DNA from: Ignavibacteria bacterium
GTDB lineage: Bacteria > Bacteroidota > Ignavibacteria > Tepidaquicellales > Tepidaquicellaceae
Assembly (NCBI GenBank): GCA_039934715.1
Contig: JBDTLQ010000001.1
Coordinates: forward strand, 1-37,774
Direction: 5' to 3'
Length of the DNA: 37,774 bases
The notes under the pieces were generated by a model. The model was not told the origin of the DNA. It saw only the letters and a program-made list of their open reading frames with translations, and made no database searches. This document shows positions 1-10,378 of the stretch, in pieces. Positions within the stretch are counted from its first letter, which is position 1; each line of letters starts with the position of its first letter. The translations under genes were made by a program, and so were the position numbers.

Positions 1-1
1 A

Positions 2-958
2 AAGAATCTTCCCGATGCATTGCAGATAAGAAAACGTCTGCTCCTTTCCTTTGAAGAGGCGGAGAATGAGCCTTCGAAAGCACAGAACCTTTTGAAATAT
101 ATTATCATAGGCGGAGGACCTACAGGTGTCGAGCTGGCCGGATCCATTGCGGAGCTTGCGCATAACATTGTAAGAAAAGATTTCAGAAACATAGATACGG
201 GAAAAGCCGAGATCGTTTTGATTGAAGGCGGATCTGATCTTGTTCCTACCTTTGACAGGAAGCTTTCTGTTTATACAAAAAAAAAACTTGAAAAAAGAGG
301 AGTAAGAGTTATGCTTAACGCGCGTGTTGAAAAAATTGAAGACAAAAGAGTTTTTGTAAAAACAATGGATGGACAAAAAGAACTCGAAGGAAATATTATT
401 ATCTGGGCTGCCGGAGTTGAACCTGTACCATTGACAAAAGATCTCGGAGTAATTTTAGACAGAGGCAAAAGAATATTGGTGAACCAGTATTGTTACATTG
501 ACGAGTATCCGAATGTTTTTGTCATAGGTGACATGGCGGACTTTATGACAAAGGAAGGCAAGCCTCTTCCCGGATTAGGGCCTGTAGCGATGCAGCAGGG
601 ACGGTATGTTGCAAAATTTATTATAAACCTTCTTAAAGGAAAACCGACAATGCCGTTTCAATATATTGACAAGGGGAATATGGCTACAATAGGGCGTAAG
701 AACGCAATAGCGGAATACAGATCATTTAAAATGACAGGATTGTTAGGCTGGCTAGCCTGGCTATTTGTTCATTTATATTATCAGGTTGGTTTCAAAAACA
801 AGATCTCAATCCTTATCACATGGATGTGGAGCTATCTGACATTCGGTGCCGGAGCCAGATTAATTACGGATCCCATTCCTACTGCTAAGGATGAAGCAAA
901 ATTTCAAATTGAAATTCAGCATATGAAAATGCCGGATGAAAAATTTCTGTCAAAATGA
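2..958 (+). CDS. ndh: Type II NADH:quinone oxidoreductase (NDH-2), C-terminal ~318 aa; the 5' end lies outside the window
   Basis: The frame is open from the window edge. It carries the second Rossmann dinucleotide-binding motif IIIGGGPTGVELAG, an FVIGDMA motif and a hydrophobic/amphipathic C-terminal segment, all typical of NDH-2. Confidence 0.85.
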   Translation, partial: KNLPDALQIRKRLLLSFEEAENEPSKAQNLLKYIIIGGGPTGVELAGSIAELAHNIVRKDFRNIDTGKAEIVLIEGGSDLVPTFDRKLSVYTKKKLEKRGVRVMLNARVEKIEDKRVFVKTMDGQKELEGNIIIWAAGVEPVPLTKDLGVILDRGKRILVNQYCYIDEYPNVFVIGDMADFMTKEGKPLPGLGPVAMQQGRYVAKFIINLLKGKPTMPFQYIDKGNMATIGRKNAIAEYRSFKMTGLLGWLAWLFVHLYYQVGFKNKISILITWMWSYLTFGAGARLITDPIPTAKDEAKFQIEIQHMKMPDEKFLSK

Positions 959-1099
959 ATACCTTATGGAGCAATTCTCTGGATAAATTAAAGTCGGAGT
1001 TTGAATGACTGAAAAAATTTCGTTCTGTATATCCGCTTTTAATAAGTTATAAATTGCTTTATGGGTCAATTTTTTTTAATTTGCTTTAAAGAATTCTAA

Positions 1100-1573
1100 A
1101 TGTTCAGGATCAAAGCCCTCTTATTTGTTCTAATAATTTTATCGGGTTTAAGTGCAAACAGCAGTTTGTTTTCTCAGGATAAATGGTGGAAAGAAAAAAA
1201 GTATAAGAATGAATCCGTCAAAGCAAAATATGAGCTTTGTAAAAGAACATTCAAGGACATCGGTTACGGTATTTTATACAAAAATATTTCTTACATAAGT
1301 TCTTACTTCGACTCGCAGGTTTATTTGAACATTATCAGTAATGACAAGGGATATTACAGTTCCGATCAGGCTGAGCTTATACTTCTGGACTTCATGGATT
1401 ATTTTACCATTGACAGTTTCAGGTATCTGAGATCAAGCAGGTTCAATACCTACGCTTTTGTCAACGGAATATACACCTATGCTATAGGCTCCGGGAAAAA
1501 AAGTCTCAAGGTTTCTGTTTCATTGAAATATTATAACAATAAATGGTATATCGAGCAGGTTGAAATAAACTGA
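1100..1573 (+). CDS. Secreted small protein, DUF4783-like (NTF2-like fold)
   Basis: ATG start and an N-terminal signal peptide (MFRIKALLFVLIILSGLSANSS). The pattern ISSYFDSQVYLNI...YSSDQAELILLDF...KWYIEQVEIN resembles DUF4783 family members as I recall them. Confidence 0.55.
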   Translation: MFRIKALLFVLIILSGLSANSSLFSQDKWWKEKKYKNESVKAKYELCKRTFKDIGYGILYKNISYISSYFDSQVYLNIISNDKGYYSSDQAELILLDFMDYFTIDSFRYLRSSRFNTYAFVNGIYTYAIGSGKKSLKVSVSLKYYNNKWYIEQVEIN

Positions 1574-1627
1574 ATTCAGATTTCATTTAACGATGAATAA
1601 AAACAGAAAGAAGTCTCATAAAAAATT

Positions 1628-4600
1628 TTGGACAATAATATACCGGTAAATACAGGTTCGGGAAAATTTTTGGACAGGCGGTTCAAGACTTTGGTTTTGA
1701 TCGCTTTTTTAATTTTCATGTGGATCATCGTGATCCATTTTTTTTCTGATTACCTGAAATCAAATATTGATAAGAACTGGAATGAAATTTCAAACGAAAA
1801 AAATATCCAGCATGCATCAATAGTCACGACCCTGTTCAATGAAAATCAGACTGACCTTAACAACCTTTCCGAAACATTAACTTCCAATCCCGATATAGTA
1901 AAGCAGGTTCAAAGAAGTGATTCCAAAAAACTATTCGAAGAGATTCTTAAAATAAATATTAACGGTAATTACCAGCTTGAGATATATAACACAAGGCTGG
2001 AGCTTCTGGCTTTTAAAGGAAGGAAGCTTGATTCCGATATTTACTCGCTTCAGAGATGCCTGAACGGACAGAAATACACAGTTCTCAAGGAGATCGGTTT
2101 CTACACCTATCTGATAAATTATACGCCGGTCCGTGATTCTAAAGATAACAATCAAATTACCGGTGTCATGCTGACCGCCAAACTGATCGACATCAAGTAT
2201 CAGATTAACAATAAATTTTTCAGCAACACAGGCATGCTGAATGAACTTAATGAATTATTACACGTTACTCCCGAAATTATACCCGCTAATACCTTTTCAG
2301 GAAAGATAGATATAGACTCTGCAAAGCTTGAGGAAAATTCCGTGATACATCTTAAAAGCCCTGAGGGAAATATCATTGGTGTCCTGCTTCTTCCGAAGTA
2401 CAGCGAGATCTCTCATGTTCAGAGCATTGAAACTAATTCAAAACGCATAAGTTCGCTTCTTATATTCGGGCTCACGATAATACTTTTTTTAATTTTTTAC
2501 AAAATCATTTTACGGTTCGATTCCCTGACACTCAGATTCCTGTTGTTTATTTTAGTGCTTGCCGGGATAAGATTTATCTGGCTGGGATTTTATTTTCCGT
2601 CAAAGACATTTGCATCAGAGTTTTTTTCACCGGGGTTTTATGCTTCGACATTCGGCTTCGGAATTGCAAAATCAATTGGTGAATTTCTAATAACCTCAGT
2701 TTTTATTCTTATAATTTCCCTGTACGGGATGTTTCTGATCGCGAACAGAAAAAGAAAAATAAAGCGTAAGATTGATCAGCCCAACAGACTTCTTCTGCAC
2801 CTTTCAAACTTCGGACTTATCATAATATTTTTCGCGCTGATCTACCTTTTCGGAGCAGTGATACAAAGTATTGTCTTTGATTCCAATCTTAAATTTTTTG
2901 ATAAGACAAATATAATACCTAATGCAGAGCTTTTTATTATTCAACTCATTATACTGATCCTTGCATTTTCCCTGTTCATCGCTCTTGTATCGATAATAAT
3001 ACTGATCATTAAAAACTCCTCTCAGGAATTTTCGCGGATAAAATATTTTGGGAAATATTCCTTTCTTATATTGCTCGTCATACTCATCGGTCTTAATCAG
3101 TTAATAAATATTTCCGGGGATTTTAAGTTTGATTATATATACAGGCTGATGATCATAGTGCTGAGTTTTTTTATGGGTTTTTATGCAGCACGGAAATTAA
3201 TGCTGACACAAAAATACAATATATTTTCGGTCAAAAATTTCTCTCTGATTATATTGTTCTGCATAATTACAATTCCGGGTATCCTGCTTGATAAGATAAC
3301 ATCACAGGAAACATACTTCGTAGAGCTGATCGGAAGGAAAGTGACTGAAAGAGATGATGATAAGATAAAATTCCTTCTCATGACCGAGCTTACCAATATT
3401 TCAGAAGACAAAAAAATAGAAAATAATATAAAGGACAGGAACAAACTTTCCGAACTGGCATTTTCGATCTGGTCTGACAGTAAATTCAGTGAGGAAAATT
3501 TTAACACGGCGGTGATCATACTGGACACCAATAAAAAAATTCTAAGTGACTTTGTGTTTAATTCAAAAAACACAACACCCGATTCTATAGTCAGCTATTC
3601 TGATGCGAATTATTTTAAAAAGAAAGACCTTTACCGGACTATCATTGATACCACCGGAGATCTGGATTCCCTCTCGGACGAAAACATGGAAGAAGACTCT
3701 GAAGACGACCTGTCGGCTGAGAATAATCCTGAAGACATCAGCAATCTTTTCATCACGGATAAAATACTGATCCTTAAAAACACTGCTGATAAGTATTACC
3801 TTGGAATCATTCCGATAGAAAAGATCGGTCTGAGGAATACTTCGTTCCAGACAAATCTTGGATACCTTCTTGTTGCGGTTCAGTATGAATCAAAAAATTT
3901 CCTTACGCAGTCTTCAATGCAGCTTTTTAAGAATTATTCCAAAGACAACCTGTTTGACAAACTGATCTCGACGCCGATAATTACCGAGTATGTCGGCGGT
4001 GAGATAGTCACCTCTACTAATCAGGATCTGTCAAAGGCAAATACGTTATCACTTGATGCTTTTCATGAATCAATAAAATCACGCAATGAAAAAAATGAAT
4101 GGCGGTATGAAATCATCAATAATGAAAAATACAGGACATATTATATTGCCGCTTCGCAGGATAATGGAACTTCAAGTGAAAGGATATTTTCAATTAGTCT
4201 TAAACGAAATGATTTCAAACTAACTACCTTTTTTTATCTGAAATTTATTTTGTTTGTGGTTCTTATTTATCTTCTTTCTCTTGTTGTCTTTGCGCTGCTT
4301 CTTACTTTTAAGATCAGAGAGTTCAGACTTAATTTCCGGGAAAAACTGTTCTCATCATTTTTTATAGTGTCTGTAATTCCCATCGTCTTGCTTGCGATCT
4401 ACACGAGGAGTTTTATTAATGACAAATACGATTTTAATTTCCAGAATGCGATAATTTCCGACCTCAATCTCGTTTCTCAGAGCGTTAAAGCCAACGAGCT
4501 CCATCTGAATAATCTTGACAGCTTAACAAGGGAGCAGGATAAACTTCTGACGAAGTCCCTTACTCAGACCGACAAAAATTTTAACTTATTCTTAAAAACA

Positions 4601-5791
4601 AAACTGGTTTCGACGACGAATGAAGAATTGTATAAATCGGATCTGCTCGATACAAGAGTTGACGCTGATGCTTACTACAATATCGTTTACCTTAGAAAAG
4701 ATTTTTTTTCAAAGTCAGAACAGATCGGTGTATACTCTTTTATTGTAGGTTATAAACCGTTTTTTGATACGCGGAATAATATTGTAGGACTGATGTCTTC
4801 ACAGACTGTATACAAACAGAATGAGATAAATGAAGAACTCACGGAAATACTGACTTTTATTTTCGGGATCTACTTCATTGTGATCATTATCCTTCTTGTA
4901 TTTGTGACTTTCCTTACAGACAGAATTTCAAAGCCGATACTCCGGCTGCAGAATGCAACCGAAAGAATTTCCATGGGAGACACTAATGTAGCTTTGAACA
5001 TTAGCCGGAAAGACGAGATAGGAGATCTTGTAAATTCATTCAACAAGATGTCGAAAGAACTGGAGAGTTCAAAAGACAAGCTGAAGAGAGCAGAACGAGA
5101 AGCGGCGTGGAGGGATATTGCCAGGCGGGTTGCTCATGAAATTAAAAATCCACTGACACCAATGAAACTCTCCATTCAACATTTGTATGAGGTTTATAAT
5201 AACGGGAATAAAAATAATTTTCCCGATGTACTTAAGAAAACAAGAAACATAATCATAAACGAGATCGATAAGCTGAACAGGATCGCTACAGAATTCTCAG
5301 CCTTTGCAAAACTGTCGGGCAGAAATTATGAAGAGACTGACCTGAATGAGGTGATAGAAGATGTTGTCAACCTGTACAGGCAGGCACCGAATATCGGGTT
5401 CAGTGAATGTCTGGATAAAAATATTAAAAAAATATTTGCCGACAAGCAGGAGCTTAACCGGGTATTTCAGAATTTAATTAAAAATTCGATACAGGCTATT
5501 GACGAAAAAGGAACAATAACAATAAAAACCTGCATGGAAGGAGAATCAATAATTGCTGAAGTAACAGATGACGGCAGCGGTATTGATCCTAATATAATGA
5601 AAGAATTGTTCGAGCCGAATTTTTCAACCAAGTCAACCGGCATGGGACTCGGGCTTGCTATAACAAAGAAGACCCTTGATGAGATGAAGGCGGATATATT
5701 TTTTGATAGTACTTTGAACGGCGGAACAAAAGTGACCATCCGATTCCCGTCTTACATTCCATTAAACAACCATTCAGGATTTGAAATATAA
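1628..5791 (+). CDS. Very large multi-pass membrane sensor histidine kinase, NtrY-like (HAMP-HisKA-HATPase_c C-terminus)
   Basis: A single 1387-aa ORF. NtrY-type H-box region AWRDIARRVAHEIKNPLTPMKLSIQHL. A HAMP-like segment follows the last TM. N-box NLIKNSIQA, G-boxes DDGSGI and GMGLGLAI. About 12 hydrophobic segments. A TTG start is needed to keep the first TM intact. Confidence 0.85.
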   Translation: MDNNIPVNTGSGKFLDRRFKTLVLIAFLIFMWIIVIHFFSDYLKSNIDKNWNEISNEKNIQHASIVTTLFNENQTDLNNLSETLTSNPDIVKQVQRSDSKKLFEEILKININGNYQLEIYNTRLELLAFKGRKLDSDIYSLQRCLNGQKYTVLKEIGFYTYLINYTPVRDSKDNNQITGVMLTAKLIDIKYQINNKFFSNTGMLNELNELLHVTPEIIPANTFSGKIDIDSAKLEENSVIHLKSPEGNIIGVLLLPKYSEISHVQSIETNSKRISSLLIFGLTIILFLIFYKIILRFDSLTLRFLLFILVLAGIRFIWLGFYFPSKTFASEFFSPGFYASTFGFGIAKSIGEFLITSVFILIISLYGMFLIANRKRKIKRKIDQPNRLLLHLSNFGLIIIFFALIYLFGAVIQSIVFDSNLKFFDKTNIIPNAELFIIQLIILILAFSLFIALVSIIILIIKNSSQEFSRIKYFGKYSFLILLVILIGLNQLINISGDFKFDYIYRLMIIVLSFFMGFYAARKLMLTQKYNIFSVKNFSLIILFCIITIPGILLDKITSQETYFVELIGRKVTERDDDKIKFLLMTELTNISEDKKIENNIKDRNKLSELAFSIWSDSKFSEENFNTAVIILDTNKKILSDFVFNSKNTTPDSIVSYSDANYFKKKDLYRTIIDTTGDLDSLSDENMEEDSEDDLSAENNPEDISNLFITDKILILKNTADKYYLGIIPIEKIGLRNTSFQTNLGYLLVAVQYESKNFLTQSSMQLFKNYSKDNLFDKLISTPIITEYVGGEIVTSTNQDLSKANTLSLDAFHESIKSRNEKNEWRYEIINNEKYRTYYIAASQDNGTSSERIFSISLKRNDFKLTTFFYLKFILFVVLIYLLSLVVFALLLTFKIREFRLNFREKLFSSFFIVSVIPIVLLAIYTRSFINDKYDFNFQNAIISDLNLVSQSVKANELHLNNLDSLTREQDKLLTKSLTQTDKNFNLFLKTKLVSTTNEELYKSDLLDTRVDADAYYNIVYLRKDFFSKSEQIGVYSFIVGYKPFFDTRNNIVGLMSSQTVYKQNEINEELTEILTFIFGIYFIVIIILLVFVTFLTDRISKPILRLQNATERISMGDTNVALNISRKDEIGDLVNSFNKMSKELESSKDKLKRAEREAAWRDIARRVAHEIKNPLTPMKLSIQHLYEVYNNGNKNNFPDVLKKTRNIIINEIDKLNRIATEFSAFAKLSGRNYEETDLNEVIEDVVNLYRQAPNIGFSECLDKNIKKIFADKQELNRVFQNLIKNSIQAIDEKGTITIKTCMEGESIIAEVTDDGSGIDPNIMKELFEPNFSTKSTGMGLGLAITKKTLDEMKADIFFDSTLNGGTKVTIRFPSYIPLNNHSGFEI

Positions 5792-7172
5792 AATATTCTT
5801 CTCCATAATTATTTCTTTCATACTTTATGGCTGTGCTAATCAGCTGCCGCCTTCAGGAGGAGATGATGACAGGATCCCGCCTAAGATCATTTACATATAT
5901 CCGAAACCTAATTCTGTAAATTTCCATGACAATAAAATTATTTTGCGGTTCGACGAATATGTTGACAGGCGAAGCCTTGAGGAATCATTTCTTATTTCAC
6001 CAAAGCCTGATGGAGAAACAGAGTTTAACTGGAGCGGCAAAGAAGTGGAGATAGGATTTTCAAGGCCGCTGCGAATGGATAAAACATATGTCATCGTGAT
6101 CGGAAATGAATTGAGAGATGTAAGAGGCAGCAACACTATTACCAGTCCGGTTTCATTCGCATTTTCAACAGGTGATAAAATTGACGATGGGAGCATTTCA
6201 GGAAAAGTACTCTCGGATAATTTTGAGCGGATAAAAATTATGGCTTATATAAAAAGCGGGAAGCAGGAAGATAGTTTAAACCCGGAAATAAATTTATCCG
6301 ATTATATAAAGCAGGTTTCTCCCGACGGAAGTTATAAGTTATCTAATCTTCCCGACGGCGCGTTCAGACTTTTCGCGATCACGGATGAAGACAGAAACAA
6401 TCTTTACGACAAGGATATTGATAAGATATCTATTCTTCCGAAGGATCTCATACTTACAAATGACAGCAATAATATTGAAGAAGTAAATTTTCTTCTTAAG
6501 AGTTTTGAGCCGGATAAATTCAGTAAGGATTTTATCAGCCTTCTTCAGCCGGATTCATTAAATTTTATTTCGGCTAATATTAAGAACAACGAAAAGGATA
6601 TTCCTCCGGACTACAGGTTTTATTTTTATTTCAGAAATAATAAATTGACCAAACCGGACATCGTAAATAATTTTACACTGAAGGATACTGCAAGTGATCA
6701 GGTTTACAGACCTGTATTTAACTGGATCAATGATTCTCTCGTTGAAGTATTTACAAACGAAAAATTAAAGTCTGCATCTTCATTTGAGATCACAATTGAT
6801 CTTTCAGCTACTGCGGGAAATTATATTTACAAAGTTAGATTCCATACAGCAGCCAACAATTCATTCGGGAAGCTTTCGGGAAAAATAATCACAGAAGGAA
6901 TCCCGCTCTATCCGGTTTATGTTCAGCTTTTCAATAAAGAAAATGTTTTCATATCATACAGCAAGAAAATAACCGACTCAATCGGGTTTTCATTCGATGA
7001 AATACTTGCGGGAAACTATACACTGTTCTCATTTATGGATAAAGATGAAAACGGAAGATTCGATAAAGGAAATTATTTTCCATTCACGCCAGCTGAAGGA
7101 TTTATCATTTACGGCACCGAATTAAAAATAAAGGGAGGATGGAATATTGATAATGTTTTTCTTAATTATTGA
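5781..7172 (+). CDS. Lipoprotein with N-terminal bacterial Ig-like (SbsA/Big_5-like) domain
   Basis: TTG start followed by a well-formed lipoprotein signal (MKYKIFFSIIISFILYGC). The segment PPKIIYIYPKPNSVNF...ILRFDEYVD...VSFAFSTGDKIDDGSISGKV is typical of Ig-like plus carboxypeptidase-regulatory-like proteins. It overlaps the kinase stop by 11 nt. Confidence 0.65.
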   Translation: MKYKIFFSIIISFILYGCANQLPPSGGDDDRIPPKIIYIYPKPNSVNFHDNKIILRFDEYVDRRSLEESFLISPKPDGETEFNWSGKEVEIGFSRPLRMDKTYVIVIGNELRDVRGSNTITSPVSFAFSTGDKIDDGSISGKVLSDNFERIKIMAYIKSGKQEDSLNPEINLSDYIKQVSPDGSYKLSNLPDGAFRLFAITDEDRNNLYDKDIDKISILPKDLILTNDSNNIEEVNFLLKSFEPDKFSKDFISLLQPDSLNFISANIKNNEKDIPPDYRFYFYFRNNKLTKPDIVNNFTLKDTASDQVYRPVFNWINDSLVEVFTNEKLKSASSFEITIDLSATAGNYIYKVRFHTAANNSFGKLSGKIITEGIPLYPVYVQLFNKENVFISYSKKITDSIGFSFDEILAGNYTLFSFMDKDENGRFDKGNYFPFTPAEGFIIYGTELKIKGGWNIDNVFLNY

Positions 7173-8305
7173 ACTTTCTTCCTGATCAGTGATTTAATTT
7201 TGTACGAGAGATTATAAAGCAGAAGGTCCGGAAAAATATTACTGTCGATATCATGGATCGCTTCTTCAATTGTATTTATGATCCGGTAATTTTCCGAATC
7301 AAAAGCAGATGTAAACTTTATAATCGCGTCAAGCTGCAGTCTGTCCTTATTGATTATCAGTTCATCATTCCCCGATCTTTTGTGTGTGATATCCATGAAC
7401 CAAAGGGCAAGTAAAATAAGAAATTGTCTGACCCTGTCCTTATCTTTTTTGCCGACAATAAAATCAATATCATTACCAAGCCTGAGATACTGATTGGCAA
7501 GCACGGATCTTAAAAGATCAGGGACCTTATCCCTTAATTCAAGGAAATTTTTTTCGAGTATACTGTTGCATTTGTCAATACTGCCTTCGGAAAGCTTAGC
7601 GAAAAATTCCATTTCCAAATTTGACAAGTTTGTATCTTTCGTTTTAATATATGACAGTATTTCTTCAAAACCAAGATCATTGAATTTTATCTTCTGGCAT
7701 CTGCCTATGATCGTCGGCAATAGTGAATTAATCTCTGAGGTCGTTAAGATCAGTATCGAATCCCCCGGCGGCTCTTCAAGTATCTTAAGAAGCGAGTTCG
7801 CGCTCTGGGTATTCATCATGTCGCAATTAGAGATAACAAATATTTTTTTCTTACCTTTCTTTCCCGTCATGTAAATATCCTTTTTGATCTGCCGTATGCT
7901 CGAGATCCTTATGTCATTAGCTTTGGGAAGTGATATGGTGTAATACTTATCGGCAGCTTTCGCTTCAATTTCTTCCATGTAATTTTCAAAATCCTCCTTA
8001 TCAAGTTTTTCAAGAGGATTTGTTTCTTCATCAGATTCATTCTTGCCTGAAGGAAGCGCGATGATATATTTGAATAGAGACGATCTAAGTGAATTGATCT
8101 CAATACAGCTTTTACATTTATCGCACGCTTCGTTCCCGTTCACGGGATCATCACAGTTCAGAAGCTTTGCAAATTCGATTGCGGCCGCCTCTTTTCCGGT
8201 ACCTTTATTCCCGTAAAAAATATACGCGTGAGAGATTTTTCCACCCGTGTATATATTTTTGAGAATATCCTTTACTCTTTTCTGTCCTATTATATTAGAC
8301 CACAT
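7166..8305 (-). CDS. holB: DNA polymerase III subunit delta prime
   Basis: HAYIFYGNKGTGKEAAAIEFAKLLNC P-loop, a CDKCKSC zinc-module-like motif and ANSLLKILEEPP (the clamp-loader sensor region). Confidence 0.85.
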   Translation of the reverse strand: MWSNIIGQKRVKDILKNIYTGGKISHAYIFYGNKGTGKEAAAIEFAKLLNCDDPVNGNEACDKCKSCIEINSLRSSLFKYIIALPSGKNESDEETNPLEKLDKEDFENYMEEIEAKAADKYYTISLPKANDIRISSIRQIKKDIYMTGKKGKKKIFVISNCDMMNTQSANSLLKILEEPPGDSILILTTSEINSLLPTIIGRCQKIKFNDLGFEEILSYIKTKDTNLSNLEMEFFAKLSEGSIDKCNSILEKNFLELRDKVPDLLRSVLANQYLRLGNDIDFIVGKKDKDRVRQFLILLALWFMDITHKRSGNDELIINKDRLQLDAIIKFTSAFDSENYRIINTIEEAIHDIDSNIFPDLLLYNLSYKIKSLIRKKVQ

Positions 8306-8314
8306 AAAAAAAAA

Positions 8315-10357
8315 TTAAAATGTATTCCCGATTCCGAACTGAAAATTATACTTGTCATTTAAATGGCTGTCCTTACCGAAAAGCCAGTGAGATCCTCCTC
8401 TTGGCCCGGGCTGCGGATCGTACACTTTCAGACCTACGTCAAATCTTATAGCTCCGATTATTGTATAGTATCTTATACCGCCTCCCGCTGCAAGCGCGAT
8501 CTCATTGAACTTGAATTTTCCTATCTCCGACCATGCATTTCCCCAATCTACAAATGTCGCGAACCCAAGATCTCTGAGATAAGTATTTTCAGCTTCAAGA
8601 AACGGCCTGATGCGGTGTTCAATGGAATTTTCAATAATAAAATTTCCTCCGACGCTTTTATCTTTAACTATTCCTAGCTGTCTTGCGCCCCAGCCTCTTA
8701 TGCTGGAGCTTCCCCCGCAAAGAAATCTTGTATCGGTCGGAACACGATCAGCGCTCACCTCGGCTCCGTTAAATTCAAAAGTATTGTCACCGTATTCTAT
8801 GATGATCCCGGTAGAAATTTTTCCGGCAAGAGCGGATGCAACATTTATCTCGTTATTGCTGAGGTTAAAGTATGCTGAATTGAAATTAGAGAATTTGACA
8901 TAGCTTACGGTTTGTGTATTGAATAAATTCTGAACGATCCTCCCGAGAAGACCGGCTTCTTCTATTTCATAAGACTGAAAATAACCTTTAAAAGGAAACT
9001 GAAGACTGTTTACGGAATTATGAGCTGCGGTAAATGCAATGACCGATTTGAAATAATTTATATCAAACCTTTCTATGTTGGTAGTATCATCCACCTGCAG
9101 ATCTTGTTTCAGGATCACTCTCGAATTTTCAACATCCCATCTTGAACTAAGCCTGTTTATGTAAGTATAGTCAGGAAGAGTGTAACCTACACTGAATGAA
9201 TTCTTTATCTGTGTAACATTCACAAATTCATCAAGCCTGTACTGCACACCGATATTCCAGTTGCCCGAAATATTTCTGTTGTTAAAAAGGAAGGGCTGGT
9301 AGACCGTGTTTACAAATTCAAATCTGTTATCATTGAACGAGTGAAAATATATCCTCGCCCGCGTAGTAAGAATTCTTCCTCCTCCGAAAAAATATTTATC
9401 CGAAAATGAGATTCCTGTCCCGAGATAAAAAATTTTATTATCAAAATAATATCCGAACACTTCCGGAGTGAGGTTATATTTATCACCGACAATCGCGTTT
9501 ATTGCAAGATCAATTTTTTTATTTGTGCTGTCGATCTTCTCAATAATAATTCTCGGATTGTCGAGTATGGAAATTTTTGTAAGATTCAGTTCGCTGTTAA
9601 CAACTTCTTCTTTATCATATACCTGGTTTTCAGAATAGGTCAGCTCTCTTCTGATGTCCTGGGTAGTTACATTATATTTCCTGCTGTTAATTGTGATCCT
9701 TGTCGGTCCGAAGACATATCTCAGCCGGGGTTCAAAAATTAATTTCACATTTACTTTTCCTTCAAGAGCTTTATCATTAGTTTCGTATTTCAGAACCTCG
9801 GGGCTTTTAGAATTTGCCGTAGCGTATCCGTTGTTATATAAAATATTCAGCACCCGTGCTTCCTCCAGCTTTATCGAATCCTTGGAATAGTATCTTCCTT
9901 TGCGGAGCATCCTATCGCTGGGGCGCATGATCTTTTCCTTTATAGATTCATACAGACTGTCCAGCCCATTGAATTCGATATTGTAGTAAACATATCTTGT
10001 CTGTTCGGTAACAATAAAATTCTCTGTTATTTCCTGATCCTCTTTATTATAAAGAATATTTGTATCAACCTCAGCGTCAAAGAATCCGTTATCAAAATAA
10101 TATTTTTTCATTCTTTCCACATCCTGAATAAACACAGCCCTGTCAAACACATCACCTTTCCTTGAGGCTAATAGAGCCTTAAGTTCACCTTCACTGTATG
10201 TTTCCTTAGCTTTAAATGTAATGTTGATATCGTCGATCTCAAATTTATCAACGTTCCCGTTATCATCATTGCCATTTTCTTCCTGGGCAATTGAGGGGAA
10301 ATTTAGTAAAAGGATATAAAAAATTAGTATTAAATATTTGATAATCTTATGGTTCAA
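8315..10357 (-). CDS. Omp85/BamA-family outer-membrane protein (POTRA repeats plus surface antigen D15 barrel)
   Basis: Signal peptide, a POTRA-like segment (KGDVFDRAVFIQDVERMKKYYFDNGFFDAEV), a C-terminal beta-barrel with alternating hydrophobic residues ending in ...FGIGNTF (terminal Phe). TTG start. A 9-nt poly-A gap separates it from holB. Confidence 0.8.
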   Translation of the reverse strand: MNHKIIKYLILIFYILLLNFPSIAQEENGNDDNGNVDKFEIDDINITFKAKETYSEGELKALLASRKGDVFDRAVFIQDVERMKKYYFDNGFFDAEVDTNILYNKEDQEITENFIVTEQTRYVYYNIEFNGLDSLYESIKEKIMRPSDRMLRKGRYYSKDSIKLEEARVLNILYNNGYATANSKSPEVLKYETNDKALEGKVNVKLIFEPRLRYVFGPTRITINSRKYNVTTQDIRRELTYSENQVYDKEEVVNSELNLTKISILDNPRIIIEKIDSTNKKIDLAINAIVGDKYNLTPEVFGYYFDNKIFYLGTGISFSDKYFFGGGRILTTRARIYFHSFNDNRFEFVNTVYQPFLFNNRNISGNWNIGVQYRLDEFVNVTQIKNSFSVGYTLPDYTYINRLSSRWDVENSRVILKQDLQVDDTTNIERFDINYFKSVIAFTAAHNSVNSLQFPFKGYFQSYEIEEAGLLGRIVQNLFNTQTVSYVKFSNFNSAYFNLSNNEINVASALAGKISTGIIIEYGDNTFEFNGAEVSADRVPTDTRFLCGGSSSIRGWGARQLGIVKDKSVGGNFIIENSIEHRIRPFLEAENTYLRDLGFATFVDWGNAWSEIGKFKFNEIALAAGGGIRYYTIIGAIRFDVGLKVYDPQPGPRGGSHWLFGKDSHLNDKYNFQFGIGNTF

Positions 10358-10378
10358 ATTTATTAAATCATCCCGGAT

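Noticed and set aside
277-286. An A10 homopolymer inside ndh, considered as a possible frameshift or phase-variation site.
   Set aside because: It encodes an in-frame KKK, and the ORF is intact on both sides with conserved NDH-2 motifs. There is no evidence of slippage in this sequence.
2512-2522. GGTTCGATTCC, a tRNA T-loop-like motif.
   Set aside because: The flanking bases cannot form a T-stem (tacGG/CCctg mismatch) or an acceptor stem, and the motif sits in frame inside the kinase ORF.
5781-5791. The 11-nt overlap between the kinase and lipoprotein ORFs, considered as a possible start-codon artefact or a frameshifted fusion.
   Set aside because: The TTG-initiated N-terminus forms a canonical lipoprotein signal with a Cys lipobox. 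The kinase already ends with a complete HATPase domain. Two separate genes is the simplest reading.
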